Origin: Phallusia mammillata
Taxonomy: Eukaryota
Length of the DNA: 64,000 nt
Assembly: GCA_965637545.1 (NCBI GenBank)
Contig: OZ281495.1
Location: 19,654,001 to 19,718,000, forward strand
Direction of reading: 5' to 3'
Of this stretch, positions 38,764 through 50,376 are shown in pieces. The notes beneath the pieces were generated by a model that saw only the letters and a program-made list of their open reading frames with translations, made no database searches and was not told where the DNA came from. The number at the start of each line of letters is the position of its first letter. Position 1 is the first letter of the stretch. The translations under genes were made by a program, and so were the position numbers.

Positions 38764-39148
38764 CAGGGTTGCCATCGACTTAAAACCAAAAATAAGGACA
38801 ACCGAAAAATTAAATTTTTATGCGAAACGAAACAAATGTTTTTGAACAAATCTTGGCATTTATACGAGCCATGACATAATATTTGCAATATATTTTGGAA
38901 AGAAACAATCTGTTTCAGCAACTGGTTGTTCGTAGAAAATACTAAGTGCATCTCACAACAGGTCGGGTCTAGGTTTACTTCTACTTGTAGCAGGAATTTG
39001 ACTATAGCAATTGTTGAAAATAAGACAAAATAAGGACTACAGTCAAAAATAAGGACATTTCTTAGAAATAAGGACAATGAACTTTTCTAAGACATGGCCC
39101 TTCAAAATAAGGACAAATCTTAGAAATAAGGACGGTATGGCAACCCTG
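38764..39148. mobile_element. hAT (Tip100-like) MITE
   Basis: TIRs CAGGGTTGCCA / TGGCAACCCTG; several internal AATAAGGAC repeats; exact TSD gttatact. Confidence 0.93.
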
Positions 39149-39288
39149 GTTATACTGTAGAAATCCTGTTGCATGTAAAAGAAACACGACAAACATAGAA
39201 CCCGTCGTTATTATATCTGAAGGCTGTTTAGTTGATAATGTAATTTGTTATTAATACCTGGATTAATAACCAACACCTCTGCATACAC

Positions 39289-39765
39289 CGGTGCTTTCAA
39301 CCGCACAGCCCAGGATGTACCATCATTTTTAAAGGGTCTACCACTTTGATGGTGTGTACTGGGGTGTACCAGATACAATATACCTATGGTCAGGTATCAC
39401 GATAGACAGGTTTATGTTTTAGAACAGACTATAAGTGAAGTGTATAACGTACAACTGTATTTCAAGTGTACATAGCTTGTAAGTTACCATATTATATTTC
39501 AGTGGTCATATAATTTAATATTTCTTCTGATAATTGACTTTGGTAACGGTTCTTCACGCAGTAGAAAGTCAATTACAAGTTACAGCTTTCAGTGAGCTCT
39601 TTTGTAAGAAAAAAATATGATAATGGATTTACATTGCGCCCATCTTATTCCTGTTGGGACACCAGACTCAGTTTTTTGAAAGGGTAAATAGATTTTTTAC
39701 TAGGATGTAAAATTTTTGCGCAACGTATAAAGGGTGTACCGTTACAAAAAAGGTCACAAGCACTG
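39289..39765. mobile_element. Degenerate hAT (Buster/Charlie-type) MITE
   Basis: Imperfect ends CGGTGCTTTCAACC / GGTCACAAGCACTG; repeated GGTGTAC/GTACC motifs; TSD gcatacac/gcatatac. Confidence 0.7.
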
Positions 39766-42700
39766 GCATATACTACTATACATTCATAAAAATAAATATG
39801 TCAACATTATTACGTAGTACTGTTTATGTGTTTATTTTTAAACAGTACATATATAGGGAACTATAAACGTTTTTTATACCAAACAAACCAGTCACTTTTT
39901 TATTCAAACAGTGAAAATAAACTTGTCAAAGGCAACAACATTTATTGCCGCAGTGTGACCAATCAGCTACATACCAAACAAAGTTGGCGCCATTTTGTTT
40001 TCTCCTCTAAACCGCATTTCGTTGTCGTCAGTTTGATACGACCAGCTGTGAGAAAAACATAACTTGTTGTTAACGCCATTGCTTCACCAAATTCCCGTGT
40101 GACAGTGCGACATGATCACATGTGCGCCATATTTCATTGATGTAAGTTCTAAATAATGCACGAATCAAATCACAAAATTAGGTTCAATGTCATGTCCTTC
40201 CAAGCAGCTTAGACTGGGTTGACCAGACGTCTGCAGTTCGGAATAAAACAAGCGACTAGCAAGTCAGTAATTACGTTTCCAATGTCGTCAGACGAGCGTC
40301 TGTCATAAAACAATGGTTAAGCGGTTAGGGTTTGTCCCCGCGAGGGGAATCTATTTTCAAGCTTGAAAATAGGACTTTACCCTGACTCGACGGAAAACAA
40401 TTTTAAAGTTGTGTTTTCACTTCACGAATTTAACCAACATTTAAGCCGTCCGATCACACCCGAAACGTTACAAAAATCACCGATGAATCCCTTCAGGATG
40501 TTGACGCGTAGACCAAAGCCTTTGACAAACGACATCAATTCATAGCTACACACCGCTTGTCGCATCAATTTACTAACGTTAACAGATGCCTAACCCAATT
40601 CTTGCTCTTTGACAGATCGCTTGTTTAGGGCGGTGACCTGACGAAAACACTCGCTTTTGGTCACGACAAGTATTTTCCAATATCGGTTTTCCGAAACTGC
40701 CACGCCGGTGCTTCCGATACAATACTCGATTGTTGTAGCAGTTATGTAATAGCCAAAATTACAAACCTCAAATAGAAAAAGATTGTAATTACTGCTGCGT
40801 AAACACTGAAACAATGTCTAATTACCTCGGTAAAAATGCCAGTAAGCATGCACTCGTCGCAGAATAACAACGCGTTCTATAACTAACATGTTAATCAACA
40901 AATCAACAAAAAGTTTTTTAATCGAGTAAGGACAACTTATTCGGCCTTGGTGTTTGAAATATGATTACGCTGTTTAATATTAAACGACTAATTTATTGAT
41001 AAGGCAGTTTACCTAACAAAACGAACAACTTGAATGCATTGTTTCCGTCGCTTTAGTGCATTTACGACTATAATCTGATGCGTGTGCTGACATTATCTTG
41101 ATGGTTGTTGATATCGCTATGAAAATCTCTCGACCCAGCTTCGCTCAAATACAGAAAGTGAACACAGAAACTTATCGTGGGACAAATGTTATAGGCAACC
41201 TTTCGCCTAATATCATGCATAAGGTTAATGTGATGGTAAAGTCAGCGTGAATTGGATTATCTGATATGGCCGTTGATGTTTTGCAAAGGCAGGGTAGAAA
41301 CATTTTTCTGAGAACGGTTAAAAGGAAATTGCCAGCATGCGCCTTAATCTGTTAAAAACTTCCTGTTTGTTTTCGCGATGTCACGGCCTTTATCATTGAA
41401 ATGTTATACAACCATTGTTGATGTGACCTTGTGACCACAAAATTCTCCCCAATAATACAAAAGAGTTTACTATCCACCAAGTCATTTCGTAGACTTGCAA
41501 AACTTGCCTGTGTTATATTTTCACCACAAGAGTAGGGCTCTTTGTTTTTAACAGACTGTTCATTTAAACCTACAGATCACGTGCAACCAACGCCAGGGGC
41601 ACCGCCAATGCAATCCACAAAAACAAAACGCAGAAGCATTCATGTGTCTTGTTTACAGAGCAACGTGCGACCAATCATCGTTTACAAACAAAATTTGTGT
41701 GCGTGACGTATAGTTTGAAAAAAATGTTCGCCTCCCTAAATAAACAAATGTGGGCGGCCAGTTCTCTCCCGATAAAAAAAACTTGTGTACCAGAAAGCAG
41801 TAGTGGTTAACGGGTGTAAAGCATTTCTCGTGAGAGTTGTTATGCAGTTAGCAGGACATTCCAGAAAAATGCCACGCGATTTCGCTGTCTTGATAGATTG
41901 GTAATCTAGAAAAGAAACTGAAGATATTGGTTTGCGGCTTGAAGAAAAGGGCGTCATGGTTGGTAAAAATTGACGCGACGCGATTTAAATCTAAGTTGTA
42001 CACATCGACAAATAGGCGGTGCTGTTTTGATGCTTTCGCGCCACATCGGATAATTAAATTTGATACAATACAGTCACGGTAAACTAATGCCGTGCATGAG
42101 CCACCAAATAGGCGGTTGCACAGAGAGATGCACGATAAACATCAGTAACTTGGGCATTCTGATCTGTCTGCGTTGAACTTTGTCAAAGCGTTGCGTAATT
42201 AAGACTAATTTGCGATAGACATATTGAAATGTAAACTCCAGGTTAAAATATTGTAAGAAAGGCTAATAGCAAACGACATTTCAATGACTCGGCATCTGAG
42301 CTGTCGTGCGGACACTCGGCAAGGTGAAATAATCATTAGGCACGAACTCGCCGCCCGCAAGCAAACGGCACGTGCCATTTAAATATAGTTTTAATCCCTC
42401 CACAAAGACGTCGAACCCGCGATCGGTTTGAAAAGAAAGTTCAGAAAAAAGATGATGACGACGTCGTGAAAGTCCCACAAACGAATTCAATATAAATTCG
42501 CATCTTTTTCAGTAATCGCATCAGTGCGAGGGTCAGTGCTTCCACCTTAAAGTATATGTGGTGCACATTAAGAAGGCTGTGGCGAAGCAAACTTCCAAAA
42601 ATGCAAGATCGCTATTTGGCTACGGGGCAAGAGTTATGTAACTTCGGTGAGCGTGAAGTGTCGTAACCTCGCAAACAACCTGGTGGCTCCCTTTTTTGCT

Positions 42701-42970
42701 AATATATAAGGCGATATCGGTATTTTTTTAGCGCCACATGCCGCGCAGCTATCTTACCATCATGAGCTAATGAACAGAAGAGGTTAGCTTCTTGCAAGTA
42801 ATTTGAAATTCGCGGAAAGAAAGGTTTACTGTCACTGCAAAAAAATCAATAGGTTAATAACTCTTAAACAACGACAGCCAATGACAATTTACTACATATT
42901 GTTATTTTTCAGACTATTTTGAAGAAGCTTGCTGCAATTTTAAAGCCCAAATAAAAATAAAAACTGGTAA

Positions 42971-43595
42971 ATGGCAGCTTTCAATGCACTGTTTGCATCG
43001 TGTATGCGTGACATTGCCACGTGTTCATTTATGAAAAGAGGAAAATCACCGACGAAAATGGCCAAACCCGACAGCGCACCTTCAGCATGTGGTGGTGAAT
43101 GTAAAATGTGCGCTCAGTGCACAGAAAAATCATTAAACCGAGATCAACGAGTACTATACATGGACCACTCTCCACCTCATCACTGTGAAGAAATCGTTGA
43201 CAACAAGGAAGAAAATTATTCGACTAATTCTCTTCAACGCATTAGTGTGGGACGCTATTTTATCGTCTCAAAAGTTTGCCTACCATCTACCATCTTCAAA
43301 ACAGGTAACGCTCTTTTACATGATTAATAGCATACCTGTGTCATGTCCTTAGCACTAAGTGAACTCTCACCCGGAAAATATTTTAGCTACGCACGATTTA
43401 GTTCGGCCGCAATATTCCAGGAAGGCATCAGGCCATCACAGCCGGTGGCCCGTGAAAAACGCAGATGACGAGTTTGCGCGACCCGAATTAGGATTTAAAT
43501 TGCGCTTAAAAATAATTATGACATACGAGGTTTCGTGCGGGGTCGCTCCCGTTACAGGAGTTGGAACCAAAATCACGAAACGGATTGACGTTTGA
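42971..43595 (+). CDS. Probable two-exon orphan protein with a Cys cluster (CGGECKMCAQC)
   Basis: Exon 42971-43304 with aaATGG start and ACAG|GTAACG donor (phase 1). Either acceptor gives an open frame: 43353 (stop 43468) or 43360 (stop 43595). Strong acceptor ttatttttcag at 42912 upstream. No family recognised. Confidence 0.45.
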
Positions 43596-43748
43596 TAAAC
43601 GAATCTGTCTGCGTAATCCCACAATCGTGACTCAACTAATCAAAGAAGCCGTCGTCAACCGCAGAACGTAAGACTTGGTCTTAGCTGAGCGCCGCGCACA
43701 ATTATTGGTTGCATAACAATTATAGAGGTTAAAAAAACCCACAAGCCA

Positions 43749-44674
43749 ATGCAGCCGAATACAATTTTATGCAGAATATTGCTTGCATTAATACCTAAGA
43801 AATTCCGTTTAAAATTGTTACCTTTAATCCTTCTATTTTTTGCAGTTGTTTTGTTCCTGACCTTTTCATCAATCGAAGCTTTTCCGGCAAGAAATGAAAA
43901 ATTTTCTCCTGTTCTTCGATCAATTGTTGGAAAACTAAATTCCTTTCCAACCTTCACCATTAATCATGATACCCTAGACATTTTGCAAAGATTTACCCGA
44001 AATGCGCCGAACTTTCATCGCGAATCTTATAGAAGAGTTCATGTTCGAGCACAGCATGAAACCAGATCATGCGAAGATTTTGTTGCCAATCTTTCCCACA
44101 TGCACCAATTTGCTTATTCAGAAGCGGTAAGTATTTGATAAGATTTAATAACAAATGTTATTGGACCAAATACCGAACCAACTTTTTCTTCAGAGCAAGT
44201 TCTTTAAGCGACCCCACCGCAAACGAGATGCTGCCCACCGACTTAACTTGAATCGTTCTTGGGGTGAAATTTGTAACCACGCGTTTCGCCAATACTCGGA
44301 GATGAGCTGTTACATGAATTCTCGGCCATCGGTGTACGGAAGACACACCAATGAGGTTAAAGCTGCTTTAAATTCAATGACCAATCTCGTCCAACAAGAG
44401 GTAAGTTGTTCTCCCATCAACGCACATGTTAGCAGCTTTAAAGTTTTTTAAACACAGTTCTACATCCATATTATTTCCGGCCAATGATTTACAAGTTTAC
44501 CTGTTTTTGCAGATGAACAGAATTAACTTTCCTTACAACAATGATAGAACATGCTCCACCAACATATACCTCCAGATGCCAGACTACACAGCAGCTCGAC
44601 AAGTTTTGTTCAATATGTTTACACTAAACAGCTTAATAAAGCAAGGCTGCTCCACCAAAACTCACACGACGTAG
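43749..44674 (+). CDS. Uncharacterised secreted preproprotein, 248 aa, 3 exons
   Basis: Exons 43749-44126, 44194-44400, 44513-44674; both introns phase 0 with GTAAGT donors and pyrimidine-rich CAG acceptors. Hydrophobic leader LLPLILLFFAVVLFLTFSSIEA|FP; basic site HRKR|DA; four Cys in the C-terminal ~115 aa. Confidence 0.85.
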
Positions 44675-47277
44675 CCAATGGAGTGAGAATTGTCACCAAT
44701 GCCCGAATAGTATACTGTTCCTTTTTAATTGTCTCCCACCATTATACTGTTTGTGACCAAATATGACGTTTTCAATGTCTCCATAATTCCTCTTTTACTT
44801 TATGTCTGTGCAGCGCTGGTTACGCTTTTGCACTATCAACTTGGCAATTTGCTTTTCAAATTGTTTTCATGGTTCCAGAGCAATGTTACGTATTTTGCAC
44901 ACACAAATTCGTATTCGTGTAAGCACGGGATTGCTTTTTTGTATTTATTTTCATCTGACAAAACAATGATTGGTTTTTACTTTTCACTTTATTTATTGCA
45001 CCCTATTTCTACACAGCGCTTAATGGCCGCAAAGCCAAAAATCGCGTCAGTCTTGCCCTGCCAATGTTGTCATGTCAACAGTTTGTGACGTCAATTTATT
45101 GGTTTTGTTACTTGAAGTGTTGTTTTTCGAGACACAATATACAAGCACTGTTATACAGTAGGGGTCTCTTAAATTTTTTTAGAAATAAGCTACAATGTTC
45201 AACGAAGTCATTGAAAGCTGCCTTAAGGGCGATTTAAAATACCCTGAAAACAGGTTATGAAAGTTATACTTGTTGAAACCTGGTTCAATTTAGTCTAGCT
45301 ATTCATGCCGCATTTAAGTCCCCTAAAAAACTGTTGATATCTACCTCTACTATAAAATGCGAATTGTCTACAATACATTTGTAGTTAAAGGGTATATAGG
45401 TGAGCTATTGAGAAATGTAATTATCTTTGAGATAAAAGCTGATTAAAATTTATGCAAGTATTTCAGTGCCAAAACTTTTCTACAACTTTAAATTATTTTT
45501 ACAAACAAAACATAGCAACTGTTTTCTGTATTTAGGATTTTTGACTTTCTTAACAAAACGATTCTAAACAGATAAGACTTATAGGGAATACACTTGACAT
45601 GTTCAGTAAATAAACCAACGTCATGCGACACCGGTATAACAGGTTGCTGAATGCCAACAAACCCCTTTTAAGCTAAAATTTATGTTCGATTAGGCGATTC
45701 TAAAGTAATCTACCTAAACCTTTTTTCTGATTCTAACTGGGCGTTAGCTTGTTTGGGAAAACTGTTTTTCGTTGTATTCGACACGCGCCCAGTAAAGCTG
45801 GCAAATTCACAGAACCGGGTAAATTTTGTTTCATGTTTTTACATCTTTGTTAACTTATTGCCAGTTTGTCGGTGCTTTTTTATGTGACGGTTGATAGATT
45901 TAAGTAAGATAGATTTACCTACTAGGTCTACTAGTTTAAGATGGTCAAGTAAGTTATATCTTATTCGTATAGGAAGCAACGACACACTTTTTCAATTAGA
46001 TTGTGATAAAAGTTCCACATCCCGGGCAATATTCGGGTTTTCTACACTCCATTTGGTGCAAATGTCTAATGTACATACTTATGTAACTTCTAAAAACATT
46101 TCGCAAATGATTTCCTAATAGGTGTACGGACATTAACATGACTTCGTGGGAATAAGCCAAAAACGAAAAATAACATCCAAGCCTTGAGAATGATTAGATA
46201 AATCATTTGATAGTATGTCTCAGATTTTATCCTGCTAATGTACAGTGCACACGTCAATCCCTGGAATTTCTGAAGCTTTGGAACAACATTGAAGCGACTT
46301 ACAATAACAAATGTCCACAAGCATAAGCGCTTTCTTGCCACTACTTCAAGAAGAATAGCGTGTTCCGAAACAAATCACAAAGATTGTCGTGATCTGCTAT
46401 CTAACTTTTTACAAACTGACAGGCGGCGCCAGTTGCGCTGGTGGTATTAACTTCTATCGCTCTTTAGATAAAGTTAGGTAAAATTTGGATTACTATTGAC
46501 CAAAAAATTTACTGTTACATAACAATAAAAACACGCTAGATTACCTAATTAGGATCTGCACAATCTTGACAAGGCATGAAATTGAAAGATAACCAGCCAA
46601 TAACAACATAGTCACTGATAATTAACTTTTTCGTCCCAATATTTCGTTACAAATAGGATTTACAATCAGCTGCAAAATTATCGTTTCCAATGCAATACTA
46701 AACTATTTCTTTTTTTGTCAGGTATTATCAAAAACGCTACACACTGAAACCATAAAACACTAATCTATTTTCCAGTATTTGTACGAACACAATTGGCCAA
46801 TAAAAGTAATACAATAGATGTTGGTTTGAATCAATGGACACAATAAATAAATTTTCTTAGAATGAATCATTAGGTATATTGTAATTTTGAACCAAACAGT
46901 GTTACACCCAACAAAATATGGTTATCTTGTGCTTATTGCGACATCTATCAGATAGGAGATCAAGGACTTTTAGAAAATTTTATATTGGCACGGTTGCAGG
47001 GATAAATAAGAGGTAAAACTAAAAGCGATTAAAGCCAGGAACATCCTATACATAAATATTAGAGTTTATTGTTCGAACAATTGCTAAAAATAGCAAATCG
47101 AATTGAAATGTTGATGACAAAAGTGTATCCTACAAAGCCACTATAGTAAATGTGATGCTCAGGTACATCGGCAAACGGTTTTGCTAAAGCAAGCATACTG
47201 TGTATTGATTACTGCAATTCATCTTCAAGCCTTACAAGCTTGGAATCGTCAAAATAAAAAAATGCCATGTTTTCGGA

Positions 47278-50200
47278 TTAATCTGGAGAGTTTGCTGTGT
47301 CCAAAGTAATTGAAGCAATCCGAGCTCCACGCGATTCGGACATCGTCATCTTCTTACCCACCTTTCCTTCATTGTTATTTTCTGACGAGTATTCTTCATC
47401 TTTCCTGTAGACGAAACAATGCATAAAAATATGCGTTAAAAAACAAAAATAAAAATATAACTTGCAAATTTGCTGCAGACGAAACTCTCCTTCGTCGACG
47501 CCAAGCCGCAGCTCGAAAAGTGGATTGAAGGTCATGTATATATATCAGGTATACACATCCACCTGCTGCGACCAGAAACAATACCACTCCGACAACAATT
47601 CCAGCAGTAGCGTCTGCAACACAAAAGTAATAATCTTCTATGAAGCAACTGCGGCAAACAAATGTGAGCAACTTTTTTAAATACTCATGCATTCAAAGTA
47701 GATTTTTAACCCATGTGAGAAGACAAGAAAAAGCTCAACTCTAACTTATGCGACCCGCGTTTTCGTCCCACTTGACTTTCCAACTTATTCATTTTATTTT
47801 ACTGCCGAAAAAAATATAACTGCGTCTATCTGAATCATGTTAAAAGAAATGTGTTTGGACAAACACAAGTATCCAAAATCAGGCCAGTGTAGACCAGCAG
47901 TTCCGCACACAGGGGTGCCATTGTAAACTGTTTAAGATTTGTCTGTAAATCAACATAAATTGCACTGACTTAATTGCTTGTTGGATATTTTGTTAAAGTC
48001 TCAGAAATTGACTTGGTAATTTTGCAGGACTCAAATATTTGCCCAAATCTTAACTAAGACAACTCACCAGCCTTGCTTTCAAGCGGTATGATTTTGTCCC
48101 TTGCCTCATTATCTGAAACACATATGTTTATCTTATAGCAAACATCAATATACAACCAACAAAATTTCGAGCTTACGGCATAAGGTTCCGTTTGGGCACG
48201 TGTCGCCCTCATCACAAAGGGAACATCTATCACCCACTTTGTATAGTTGCTCACCTAAAACGTTGCCGCTGCCCGAACAAGCACTTGTTCACTGTTATTT
48301 GTTTTCGCTATAATGTTTAGAACAGTGGTTCTCAAACTTTTTTGACCGCGACCCAAATCTGAGTTTTATGAATATCTCACGACCCAAGCCTCAAACATCA
48401 AAAAATTTAAATATTCTTATTAACGAGCCGAACTGCAATTTCGAGGCCACGCCGTCGCCGCATAGGAGTCTGCCCATGTCTAAATGGCTGCAGGCTTAAC
48501 GAGGTCGATTCGTTTGACAACACTGCATAACAAAACACACATTGTGGCTTTGCAGCACCATGATCATTGATAGAAGTGAATCCCAAATCTAAAAAGTTTC
48601 CTTGTATGAATACTTAATAATCCTTAAACGCTAACTGTTACATCTCCATCGTCTAGTTTCGCAAGATTACCTTGTCCTTTTATTCCCCGTGCTATGACGT
48701 TACAATCGCTATGTGCGTAACAGTAAAATTGAAAGGCTATTGTCGGTATGTTGTAATGATTGGTTCATTTACTGAACAACGTGTCAAATGAGGTGACTTT
48801 ACTACTTCATTAAGAAAATTCGTTTGTGTTTACTTAATACAGTAATAGTTCGTTTGGGCAGAATGGAATCACCGCAGCGCGACTCATTTTTTGACCCTGC
48901 GCGACCCATGTTTGGGTCGCGACCCATACTTTGAGAACCACTGGTTTAGAACATGCTCTTACCCTGGTGCATACTGACAAACCATGTACAGCGCGTTGTC
49001 CAAATAAGTACCGTACGCAAGCAGACGTCTACATACCGTCCATCCACATCCAAGTTTATGTGAGTTCGCCCAAACGAGCTTTAGATAAAAAAATACGTTT
49101 ATAGTTAGTTTATGCAACTGTACCATTGCGTTGTTTTCAAACCTGTGTATAATGGCCGCACTTTTTGCCTGGCTCACACGAGTCGTTGTAAAATTCGTAA
49201 TATGCGTATTCGTTAAACCAAACACTGACCGCCCGAAGGGGATCAAAATCGGAGGCGAGCAGGCCACTAAGAGCCCAAAGGTTTTCGCCGTTGTCTTTCT
49301 GCAATAAGGAATTTTGTAATTGTACATATCCTATTTGTTTCGGCGCAAGACCCAATGAGATTTTCACACCATAATCCTTCTTTTACGTCACAGGCAAGAA
49401 CTTATGGTTCATTTGTAAACAGTAATATCAAATATGTCAACATTATTGGTTCGGAGCGTAAGCGTGATGGATGAGCATTAATTCCACGAATGTCGACAAG
49501 CGACGGCAAAGCATATCGGAGATTATGTTGTTTGCTACAGTATAATTATTTGTCAAATTATGGAGTTATTTGTCTGAAAAAATATGTGGTATGTTACGCT
49601 GCAATTCTAGAAGTGGATCTGCTGTACTAACGTTAAGTTGTGGTGTTCGTCTTGCCCCAAGTTCACTATGTTCAAAAACACATTTTTTTGAATATTCTAG
49701 AGAATTGACTGCAAGCCCGTCATCCCAAGTCTACAAATAAATACACAGAATATAAACTTTTCAATTTTTACGTTAAATCTTTAAAACAATCATAGAAGGA
49801 TAGAAACTTTTTGCATTTAAAAAAAAGTTAAAGTACATGGATAGTAATGTAAAATTTTTTTAATAAAATTGAAAGTTTAGCACTGTAAAAGATTAACGTA
49901 AAATGTACTGTTTACCAATATTTTATTTTACCAATATTATACTTTGTAAAAGATATACAACGAGCAATGATTCAGGTTACCGCTATCGAAAGTTTTAAGG
50001 TTCCCACATCTACATAAAAATAATAGCTTTCAATATCAGTTATAGACAACATACCATGAACTTCATATTTGCGGGGATGGGTTCCTCACCTTCATCCCCA
50101 ATAGTTGCTCGATGCTCATTGTGTGCGTCTAAAACCAGCTTTGCCTCCGCTGTGGAAAGCGAACGTCTCGGTCTAATAGAAACAGAATGTTATGTTGTGT

Positions 50201-50376
50201 CAGTTTAAAAAACAATTCTTTGCTAACCTTATCAAACTATCTTCTACGAAGCCTTGTCCATTAACATATAGACAACATGTCTTTAGGAGCTGACAGAAAA
50301 ACCATGTGTGACATATTCTGCGAGTTATGGCAACGCTTTGCAGTGATGCCAATAATTTGCTGTTAAAAACTATCAT
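47278..50376 (-). CDS. CAP/SCP-domain protein (GLIPR1/PI16/CRISP-like) with C-terminal transmembrane helix and cytoplasmic tail, 9 coding exons
   Basis: Minus-strand exons from 50376 (exon 1), 50172-50055 (HNEHR...PANMKFM), 49730-49632 (TWDDGLA...C), 49298-49143 (GENLW, WFNE, CGHYTQ), 49080-48964 (LVWANSHKLGCG, VCQYAPG), 48268-48177 (GN, Cys-rich hinge), 48112-48068, 47613-47466 (TM GIVVGVVLFLVAAGGCVYLIYI) and 47404-47278. Confidence 0.9.
48323..48943. mobile_element. hAT (Buster/Charlie-type) MITE in a CAP-gene intron
   Basis: TIRs CAGTGGTTCTCAAA / TTTGAGAACCACTG; GCGACCC repeats; exact TSD gtttagaa. Confidence 0.95.

Noticed and set aside
40324-40333. GGTTAGGGTT (AACCCTAACC on minus) as a telomerase RNA template
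   Set aside because: A 10-nt telomere-register match is expected about once by chance in a window this size, and no pseudoknot or H/ACA domain was identifiable.
42281-42490. 69-aa minus-strand ORF (DRGFDVFVEGLKLYLNG...)
   Set aside because: No supporting splice sites, neighbouring exons or recognisable domain.
47895-47920. CAGCAGTTCCGCACACAGGGG preceded by gtgtagac (nnnTAnnn), a possible Buster-type end
   Set aside because: Too short and degenerate, with no partner TIR.
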